NCBI RefSeq assembly: GCF_000143415.4
Contig: NW_003314267.1
Coordinates: forward strand, 1,562,100 to 1,626,099
DNA length: 64,000 nucleotides
From: Selaginella moellendorffii
Taxonomy: Eukaryota > Plantae > Lycopodiophyta
Direction: 5' to 3'
Shown: positions 49,064 through 58,132 of the stretch, in pieces
Layout of the letters: each line of letters starts with the position of its first letter
How positions within the stretch are numbered: position 1 is the first letter of the stretch
The notes under the pieces: generated by a model
Databases searched by the model: none
Told to the model about the DNA's origin: nothing
Seen by the model: the letters and a program-made list of their open reading frames with translations, nothing else
Translations under genes and position numbers: made by a program

Positions 49064-49779
49064 GGAAACAATCAATCGAAGGAATCGCCCAAAGCGTTTG
49101 CGATTGATCGATGAGGAGAGAAAAGGGAGAGAAAGAACTGACGAACGAAAACGCTTGCTCGAGCTAAACAGAGGAGCAGTGGCAACACTACAGCGGCTTA
49201 AAGACAGTCCGTTGTGCTTAATAATTCACGGTTTAATTAGTCGAAGACTAAAGTATTAATTGGTCCACACGAGTCAGTGCCAGTATACTACAGGTAAAAC
49301 GTAAAAAAGAAAAAAAGAGAGAATCTTTATTTGATCCAGTAAAAATTCTCTATCTACATCTGTACATTCTCCACACCGCGATTTGGATCTCGAATAACTC
49401 TTTCACAGGAAGGATCGTGATCTTGGGCAATTCGCGCAATTCCAGCGATGGAGTTTGCGTCGATCGAATTGGAAATTGGGTAAAGGATTGAGCAGCAGCA
49501 GGATTGATATAGATGCGGTGCGCTTGAGAGGACGAAAGAGCTCGCCCTAATTTTTGGCATTTAGAAGATATCGATCCTCGGACCCTTTTATAGAGGAGGA
49601 GGAGCGATGGGCGGCTTTAGGGCAGTGCTATGCGGTCCGGCAAGGGTTGAGGCGTTCTTGGCACGGCCGCTCGAGGCGCCAGGCTGCGGCTGCTAGAGGT
49701 AGGCAAGGATTTAGGGTTCCAAGGCTGAGATTTTCTTCTTCCAGGGGATTCGGCGCCCTTGATTTTGGGCTTCTTCGCC

Positions 49780-51704
49780 ATGCAAGGGCTATTCAGCGGC
49801 CAGAATCTGAGTGACAAGCTCGTCAAGCTCAACAGCACGCAGCAGAGCATCGAGAGTAAGATCTCTTCCGTTTCGCCTTCTCATGGTGGATTCTTTCTTC
49901 TTTTTGCTCCTCAGCTCTGTCACATTGGTGCATTTTTCATCGGAAGTATGCAAAGCAAGTCGTGGATATTTGGGAGAAGGAGTTCTTCCAGGCGCCGAGA
50001 GAACAACGCGTCCCTTTCTTGTTCCTCGCCAACGACATCTTGCAAAACAGCCGCCGAAAGGGCTCGGAGTTTGTCTCCGAGTTTTGGAGAGTCTTGCCGG
50101 GTGCGCTCAAGCTCGTCATGCAAAATGGAGACGATAGCAACCGGAACACGATCCTTCGACTGGTTAGTTTTCTTGTTCATGCGAGCTCGATATGACTCCA
50201 TGCTTGATAGATTGATATATGGGAGGAGAGGCGGGTTTTTGGATCTCACGCTCACGGCCTGCGAGTGGAGTTACTGGGAAAAGATGACGCCAAGAACGTA
50301 TGTCGACGGTTTTTTGTAAATGCTCTAGTGACGACTCTTTCTGGCTTGATCACAGAGTGATGCGCTTATGCCAGAAAAACTCGTTGCAGTGTACAAAGCG
50401 TTTCAAGACAAACTAACTGACGAGGACGCGACGGTCTACAAGTGCCAAACCGCGGTTCTTCACATGGATGCCTTTGAAAAAGAGATAGACACAACGACCA
50501 TATCAGGTGATTGTCTGCGTCTCCTTTGGTCCACAACTCGTTTTTGAACAAGGATCTTGCCTGCCAGGGCAAGAGAGTAGCATTATCTTGATAGAGGAGC
50601 TGCAGCAGCGAGAAACAATCCTTTTGGAGTGTGCTCAGCAGCTGGAAGCTATAGAGATTGCCCGCTCCAGCATTGTTTTCCAGCTTAAGGAAACTCTCCG
50701 GGACCAGGTGTGTGAAGCGAATTTACTTTCCAAGTTACTCCTTTTCCCCTTCTAAACACTGTTTGTTCTCGCAGGAGGACAAGCTCGAGAGAACACGACT
50801 TTTGCTCCAGGTTTGAAACGTGCTAGCGATCCAAAACTTCACAACCCAATGATCCTCGTCACAATTTTCGCAGGCTGCTCACACTCACGCCGACCAAGCT
50901 AGGATGATGCAGCAGCAAATCTATGACGCTGCTAGCGGCCAAGCTTACCAGCCAGTAGTAGCGAATGGCTCGACTGGCGGCGGCGGCCTTCTAGCTCACC
51001 ACCATCACTACGACTCGAGCATCCAGCACCAGCAGCACAGCGTCCCATCTCTCTTGAGCAGCGAAGCCGAGTGTTACGTCCCGACCGAGGCGAAGATGTT
51101 TGATCCGGCCGCCGCGGCCGAGGTCGCAGCTAAGCTGGTAGCGTCGAGCTCGTCGGCAGCGATGATCTCGTCTGTCTTGTCGTCCCTTGCAGCGGAGAAT
51201 GTGGTGAAACTACAAGATCCGCAAGACAAACAGCAGCAGCAGCAGCAGCGAAACTTTGATGATCCGACCGAGAACTACGGTCAAAACCCAGAAGAAGTAG
51301 CGATCGAGGAGGAAGTAGAAGAGGAGGAAGATCCGGGGCGAGAGCCGCCAGAGAAGCGGCAGAAGGTGGATGAGGGCGAGGAGGAGAGTGAGTCGCTCTT
51401 GGGGCCGGCGGTGGAGCTGGAAGAAGAATTTGGGGAGGAGGTATCGGCGGCAGAAGTGACGAGCTCCATCCCATTGTCGCCGGCGGCGGTGGTGGCGGCT
51501 GTGGCGGCGCCGCCAGCGACAGAAGCGGTGACGACCGCGACGGCGGTGGCGACAACGATAATGGGCTCGTCATCGTCAATGTTACTTCCCTTTAGTTTTG
51601 GAGGGCAAAGCTTGGGATTCCCATTGCCAGTGGCGGCGCCGCCGGGCTGTGCTCCAGCGAGCGATCATACAAGCACTAGTTTGTTTGCTCTCCCGCGACA
51701 ATGA
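49780..51704 (+). CDS. CID-domain protein (RPRD1/Rtt103-like), multi-exon
   Basis: FSGQNLSDKLVKLNSTQQSIE, LSHWCIFHR, FLFLANDILQNSRRKGSEFVSEFW, IYIWEERRVFGS-type exon, coiled coil, AAEVAAKLVASSSSAAMISSVLSSLAAE. Confidence 0.88.
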
Positions 51705-52005
51705 TCTTCCTCCTCTAAGGGCTATAAAAGGTTTGGTGTGCTCGCTGGATTCGAACCCCCGTTCTTTTAGGGTTTATGGATTTGCATCTTTTAGAATAAA
51801 GGTATCCGGCCTTTTAGGGTTCTACGGAACAAACGGCGAACTGCCAACGCATAACCGGATGAGTTTTGTTGTGTCTGTTGGAGAAAATTTTGGCCGCTTT
51901 TCTTCGCATTTCTTGGAGCTGCCGATCTAGGCGCTGGGTAGGCGCTAGCTCGGAGTCGGAAGAATCGCGCGGCGGCAGGCAGGGTTGCTTTGATCGGCCG
52001 CGGCG

Positions 52006-53728
52006 ATGGTGAAAATGGACGAGTACGAGATCATGGACAAGATGGAGGAGCTCAAGAAGCTCCAGAAGGAGCAGGAGGCGATCAAGCTGGAGAATGCGCT
52101 GCTGTCGGAGCATCTATCGGTATGTTTGATCCTTCTTTCTCGGGGATTTGGGCCTCCCGATATTTCGATCGATCTTGCGATGTCTCGGGGGTCTGGGGTT
52201 GGATCGAAATATCTGGCTCACGGATCGATCTCTTGCAGCGGATCGTGACGCGCAAGGGCAGTATGCAAATCCATCTGGAAAATTTGGAAGCCGAAGAGCA
52301 GGAAAGAGAGGCCGAGGAGAAGGAAAAGGCGGATGCCGCTGCCGCTCTTGCGGCGGCGACGGCAGCCGATGCTACAAAGAGGAGGAGGAGCACGAAGAGA
52401 TCGTTTCGGGTTTTCCAGGAGGTCCAGAGGCCCTCCGTCAAGTTCTTCTCGCCACTAAGAGATTCTCGCAAGCCTCGCGTTCGAGCTCCCATGAGTCTAG
52501 AGGAGAAGCTTGAAGTTGTGGACGACGAGATTGGGTGTCACAACGAGCAGATGAACCGGCTGACGGCCGAGAACAATCGAGTGCTGGACGATCTGCGAGC
52601 GGTTTTCGAAGAAACTGACTATGGGATCAAGGATCTTGCCAGTGAGAAGAACAGCATTCAAAGAGATTTGATGATCTTGGCGGAGATCAATCCTCGTCGA
52701 AAGCTCTACACTGAGGATTTCTTGAGGTACTAGCCTCTCGCTCCCCAAGTTCTCGCTAGTTTCTTCCTGGGTGACATAAAAGTTTCTCTTTCAGGTTTCA
52801 AGGAGAGAAGCTGAGGAAGAAAAGGAACATCCGGGAAAAGCTCCAAGAGAAGATTGATATACTACACATGGAGGTCATGGACGCGGAGCACCAATTCTCC
52901 ACCAAGAGGGATCTCAAGGACATTTTACACGTGATCGACTTTGATCAGCTCAAGATCCAGAGGATTCAGCTGCGATCGCGTATTCGTCTTCGAACAAGTG
53001 AAGTGTGGAGATATAAAGCGTTGATAAAGAATGCTGGCGCGGTAAGAACACTGGCACACTGGCTTTCACTTAGTTTTTAGTTATAGTACTTGTGTTTGAT
53101 GCAGCTCTTGATGAAAGCTCGCAAAGATCTCGAGGAGAAAGTCGAGGAAGGGAAGCGCATAAGGCAAAGCATTGTGGACAGAACACCACAGATCTCGTCT
53201 TCGCAGGTGGAGATCAACATGGAGAAGAAAATACAAGTCAGTCATTCTTTTTCTTTACGGTTCAGCATTCTCATCTTTTAGTTTTCTGATCCCAGAGAAG
53301 CCTCAACGAAGACATTCTTCGGCTAATACAAGAACAAGACGGCCCTCCCCAGCCCCGCGTTCTGGATTACATGCGATATCGTATCAAAGTAGCGGAGCTG
53401 AGGAGAGAGCTCAAGACTTGGCTGAGCAAGGTGAGGCTTCTTGCTCCCTTCTTTTTATTTCTTTTCGTTTTTTTCTCTTTTTGTTTAGGCGATAGCATTG
53501 TAAGCCCTGAAATTGCAGGTGGACGTGATCGAACAATCGCACATCCGGCTGAGAAATCACGTGAGATACATCAGGAAACAACGAGACGCGATTCTAGCTG
53601 CATCACCGGACATACTAGCGTCACTACCGGATCGAGGTGCTACTCCTGTGCAACCCAAGCTCGCGCCTGTAAAAGTCAGCCTCCGTCCAATGCAAACCAG
53701 CTTCACTCCCGTCGCAGTTCACGGTTGA
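52006..53728 (+). CDS. CCDC113/CFAP263-like (DUF4201) ciliary coiled-coil protein
   Basis: IKLENALL, MSLEEKLEVV, YTEDFLR, DILHVIDFDQLKIQ, P.VLDYM..KVAELRRELKTWLSKV. Confidence 0.65.
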
Positions 53729-54066
53729 TCTATGGCCAGCCAGTTGCGGGGCTCGCTGTTCAAGGCCAGGATTGCCGGAGGTGACGACATACTCGATATG
53801 CAGGTGATATTTTTTGGAGATTGTGTCTACTTCAAAACTAAGCTTTTTTCTTTCAGACTACAGCAAGAGAAAATTGATACACTTGATCAGAGCCACCATG
53901 AACCATCCGATCGTGCATTGGAACCTTAATCGTACAGGTAAAAAAAAAATGCTGAAGAAAGTCTTGGGCACGCTTATTGCTGTTTCTTGCAGCAAAGCTC
54001 GCCAAGAGCTAGATAGATCGGGAGATCGCTCTCTTCATCGCAAGTTAACATCGGGGGTTATAACTT

Positions 54067-55983
54067 TCAAGGCTCGTTCAAGGCCTGTATTGCCGGGTGC
54101 TCCGCGTAATAGCTGAGCGTTACAGGCCGGGAAGTTGGCGGCACGGGGGCCGGCACGTCTCCACTCAGAAACTGGCAACACTCTCGCATCGTCGGCCTGC
54201 TATCCGCATCGGGATGGCAGCACAAGAGTCCGAGGGTCAAGACGCGCTCCATTTGCAACGCATCGAAGCACTTGATCAACTTCACGTCCGCGGCCTCGAG
54301 CAGCATTCCTCCGGTGTTGGCCTTCCACACCCAGTCGAGCAGAGTTATTCCATCGGCTTCGAAGCTCTTGTCAAGCGCGTGGAGGCCGGTTGCGATCTCC
54401 AAGAGGACCACTCCAAAGCCGTAGACGTCCGACTTTACGGTTGCTCTTCCGGTGTACGCCAACTCGGGAGCGATGTATCCCAAGGTTCCGACTTTGGTCA
54501 TGTCCTCGGTGGTGGCGTCCATGAATCGAGCCAGGCCGAAGTCGCCGAGCCGGGGAACGAAATCAGCATCCAGCAAAACGTTTGCGGCTTTCACGTCCCG
54601 GTGGACGATCTTGTGCTCCCATCCTCCGTGCAAGAAGGCGAGCGCTTCGGCGATGCCTTGGGCGATGTTGTACCGCTGATCCCACTGGAGAACGCGCCGG
54701 TGGTCGAACAGGATGGTGTCGAGGCTCCCGTTGGGCATGAACTCGTAGACGAGGATGAGTTTGCTTTTCTCGTGACACCAGCCTCGGAGAGAGACCAAGT
54801 TCTTGTGCTGGAGGCGGGAGATGATGGACAGCTCCGATATAAACTGGTGGTGGCTCTCCTTGGAATCGTTGGCCAGCAGCTTCACCGCCACGACCGAGCC
54901 GTCGCTGGACAGCACTCCTTTGTAGACGCTTCCCATCCCTCCGCGGCCGAGCAGCTCCTTGTCGCTGAAGTTCTTCGTCGCCAGCGCCAACTCCTCGAAG
55001 CTGAAGAGCGTGAAGGAGCAGCCAGCTTTGTTCCGTCTCTGGATACTCCGTGTCTTGAGGTAGACCCGGAGGAAGGCCTGGAATTGTAGCAGCGCAGCTC
55101 CCAGCAGCAGCATCGCGACTCCCAGCCCGGCCGAGGACAGCAAAACCGCGACTATGAAGTTCGTTCTACTGCAGTACCACGCCTTGCAGGCTCCCGGTGG
55201 TGCGCTCTTGTTCGGGGGATGGCTCACGTACCGGGTGGTGAAGCTCCATTTGTAGATCTGGTAATACTGGTGACACTGGCCAGTGGATGCGGAGAAGCCA
55301 ACGTAGTAGCTTTCCCTCTGGAGAATCGCCGGGAGCCTCACTCTCGGCAATTCCAGGTCTGGCTTTGCGGGTCTCCTGTTCCCGTTGCTAACTCTCACCT
55401 CTAGTGTGTCGTAGAGGCCCCAGTACTCGATCCACGCGGTGAGCGTGAGATTACTGGCCAGGAGCTCCTGCATGTTGCTTCCAGTCGTTTGAGCCGAGAT
55501 GAGGCTGCCGAGATCCACACCGACGTGCTGCCAGGGCGGGTCCTCGTACACCATGTTCTGGTGCGTGTCAAACTCCACCGCAAACGTGTGGTTGAGGCTC
55601 CGGCCGGGGGTCATGAGGCCGAGGACGCTTCCGGGTGGAGGAGCCCGAGGCTTGGGGACGACGACGAAGGCGAATCCTTCTCCCTGCTGGCACGACGGCT
55701 GCGTGATCTTGAACTGAAACGAGGTATTGAAGGTGACGAGCTTGACAGGGGCGTCGGCATGGCGGAAGCGGACCGGGAGCTTGTGGTAGACTCGTCCGAC
55801 ACTCCCTGGCTGCCCCGAGGTGAGGAAGATGCTCGTCTCTTTGCCTTTTGCGCTGCCTCTGAAAGCTAACAGGTTGCTATTCTGGAAGGAGGGAGTGAGG
55901 GTGAAGGAGATGTCGTCGCCTGCTTGGCACAGGGGGAGTGTGAGTGAGATCCAAAACACGAGCACAGCAGTGGCAGCAAGCAT
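54067..55983 (-). CDS. L-type lectin receptor kinase, intronless
   Basis: Signal peptide, legume lectin (GEGFAFV, FAVEFDT, YVGFSASTG), TM helix, kinase GRGGMGSVYKG, HRDVKAANVLL, DFG, GYIAPE. Confidence 0.95.
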   Translation of the reverse strand: MLAATAVLVFWISLTLPLCQAGDDISFTLTPSFQNSNLLAFRGSAKGKETSIFLTSGQPGSVGRVYHKLPVRFRHADAPVKLVTFNTSFQFKITQPSCQQGEGFAFVVVPKPRAPPPGSVLGLMTPGRSLNHTFAVEFDTHQNMVYEDPPWQHVGVDLGSLISAQTTGSNMQELLASNLTLTAWIEYWGLYDTLEVRVSNGNRRPAKPDLELPRVRLPAILQRESYYVGFSASTGQCHQYYQIYKWSFTTRYVSHPPNKSAPPGACKAWYCSRTNFIVAVLLSSAGLGVAMLLLGAALLQFQAFLRVYLKTRSIQRRNKAGCSFTLFSFEELALATKNFSDKELLGRGGMGSVYKGVLSSDGSVVAVKLLANDSKESHHQFISELSIISRLQHKNLVSLRGWCHEKSKLILVYEFMPNGSLDTILFDHRRVLQWDQRYNIAQGIAEALAFLHGGWEHKIVHRDVKAANVLLDADFVPRLGDFGLARFMDATTEDMTKVGTLGYIAPELAYTGRATVKSDVYGFGVVLLEIATGLHALDKSFEADGITLLDWVWKANTGGMLLEAADVKLIKCFDALQMERVLTLGLLCCHPDADSRPTMRECCQFLSGDVPAPVPPTSRPVTLSYYAEHPAIQALNEP

Positions 55984-56390
55984 GGTTCTGGAAGATGGAA
56001 GATCGATCTAAACAGGTTGGGTGGTCGCACGAGCTTATGTTGGAAGTTCCGATGGACGGACGGCGGACTCCCACAAGGCCGCATTATTGGGAGACAGGAC
56101 AAAGACCAACAGTTTTGTCACTGGGACCGAGGAGAACAAAAGAAACACTTTTCTTCGTTACCTCTTACAAACAAAGTCTATCGGGCTGGAGGAGGAAGAA
56201 CTCTCAAGTTTTCCGTATCGTCTCACAGACTTCATTGATAAAGGTAACGACATAGTAGTTTAAGATCTCCTCTTACATGTTTTTCTTTTCATTGTTTTTC
56301 AGGCGCCATGCTTCCAATTTGAGGAAACTTGCGGAGTGTTACAGTGAAGAAAATGGCAGGACGGGGGAAGAGAACTGCTAGACGAGGGTC

Positions 56391-56879
56391 TTAGGAGGAA
56401 GCTCTGAGAAATCTGGCCACGGCCCTTTGGCCCTCCACGACGGCTTGCTGGGACAGCTGCCCGGGCAAGGCGAGCTTGCAGGCGGTCTGGATGTCCTTGG
56501 AGGAGAGCGTGGCCGCCTTGTTGCGCCGGACCAGCTCCGCCGCCTCTCTCGCCAGCCTCTCAAACATGTCGTTCATGAACGTGTTCATGATATCCATGGC
56601 CGTGGTCGATATCTTGAGATCCTGGTGCGTCGTCGACCGCAAAACCTTGAGGATGTAGCGCTTGTACGTGTTGCTCGCCGCCGCCTTCTTTCGCTTGCCG
56701 GATCCAGGAGCTTCTGCCGGAGTCGCTGGAGCTTCAGTTTGGGGCTGCGCCGCTGGAGGAGCTTCGGATTTCGTCGAGGGAGTCTTCTTGGCGGGAGCTT
56801 TCACCGGAGGCTTCTTCATCGTCTTCGCCGGCACCTTCACTGGCTCCGCCACACGGGCGCTCTTCGCCACCTTTGCCAT
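56391..56879 (-). CDS. H2B: Divergent histone H2B variant with long K/P/A-rich N-tail
   Basis: TYKRYILKVLR..ISTTAMDIMNTFMNDMFERLAREAAEL..TLSSKDIQTACKLALPGQLSQQAVVEGQRAV; TATA-like sequence ~30-55 nt upstream. Confidence 0.9.
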   Translation of the reverse strand: MAKVAKSARVAEPVKVPAKTMKKPPVKAPAKKTPSTKSEAPPAAQPQTEAPATPAEAPGSGKRKKAAASNTYKRYILKVLRSTTHQDLKISTTAMDIMNTFMNDMFERLAREAAELVRRNKAATLSSKDIQTACKLALPGQLSQQAVVEGQRAVARFLRASS

Positions 56880-57034
56880 GCTGCAAAGGCAAACACAGCC
56901 CAAGCAGTATATATATATCCCTCCATTATAAAAAGTCACTCTCAAGCTCAGGTATGTCCGTATAGAATATGTTGTCCGTACGCAATATCTCCGTACGGGA
57001 AACGTCCGTACGTAAAATGTTTTTTGCTAAGCGT

Positions 57035-57123
57035 GATGGAGCGGAGCTGCTGCTCGTCGTCCCTTCCAGGCATAATCTCCTCGCTAGCGTCATTGTATGG
57101 GAATAATCCCTCTTCTCCCCAAA
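57035..57123. repeat. Displaced fragment of the HTH-psq gene (copy of ~59215-59340)
   Basis: Shared cgtcgtcccttccaggc.taa.ctcctcgctagcgtcattgtatgggaa. Confidence 0.85.
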
Positions 57124-57324
57124 TGTGACGTGCCTAAGAATCGTACACCAAGATTCTTTACAACCCGAAAAAGATCATGCATATCTCTCGTTTGAGCATA
57201 GTTTGGAGGCTCAGAGAAGAAAGTTAGGCGTTCCTGTAAATGAAGTACAATGCATAGCTGATGAGCCGGTTAAACTAACTTTCTATTCAAGAGAGCGGAA
57301 TTTGCTTCGTAAACAACAATACCC

Positions 57325-57917
57325 TCACCCTGTATGTATAAGCCTCCTCGTTGTCGTCTGGAACATAAATGGGCATCTCAACATGCATACCTCCAAGAGC
57401 TCGTCCCTTTTCTCCCTAAACGGCGGACACAAGGCCCCACTCGACGCAGTGCCCCGAATGTCATCCAGAACACCAGCTTGCACCTCAAGCCCCTCTTGCA
57501 GGCTGCCTCCACACGCGTTTGCAAGTTGCCGCAACGCTTGCTCCACTTTCACCAGGCTTGTATCATCCTCCTGTTCCTGACTCCCATCCGCGATGTAGTG
57601 CTTGATCTTGATCACGTTGAGCAGATACTTGTCGAGCGAATATCGTCCACGATGATGTTGCTAAGGTTCCGTCCCAGCCAAGTCCTGCAACAAGGTGTTG
57701 CCGGTAGAGTCTGTGCGAGAAGATTGGATCCAAAACCTGCAGCGCAGCCTCGGCATACGGCTGCGCCGGCCATGGCGTGCAAGAAAGAATCCACACCGGG
57801 TCTCTTAGCCATGTAGAATCTCCACACAGGAGGCAGCCTCGCGCGCATCTCATGTAGGCCCTGTTCCAGCAATGGCCATCCATCTTTTGTTGCTGACGCT
57901 ACACGGCCAATAGTCAA
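57325..57917 (-). other. Two abutting ORFs of unknown identity (possible pseudogene fragment)
   Basis: Coding-like GC content; ORFs 57612-57917 and 57325-57615; no recognised motif. Confidence 0.3.
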
Positions 57918-58132
57918 TTTGATGTCAAAGCAGCGCAGCAGCTAAGAAGAGGAAGGAGAATATTCTTTGATAAAAGGGTTGTCCGTTCAGAATATTTTAT
58001 CCGTACACAAAGGTGTATATTCCGTGCATTAGGTTAGACTTTTAAGTGAACTTGTCGTCCACATTTTGTAAAAACGCCATAATCAGTCAAACTATACGTG
58101 TGTTTCTTGTTGCAAGAGTAAGCACAGCGCAG

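Noticed and set aside
53732-53929. Small ORF right after the CCDC113-like stop
   Set aside because: No motif; may be 3' UTR with an intron or an alternative end.
54097-55089. 330-aa + strand ORF
   Set aside because: Antisense shadow of the GC-rich LecRK coding sequence; no independent motifs.
56427-57128. 233-aa + strand ORF
   Set aside because: Mostly antisense to H2B; no recognisable product.
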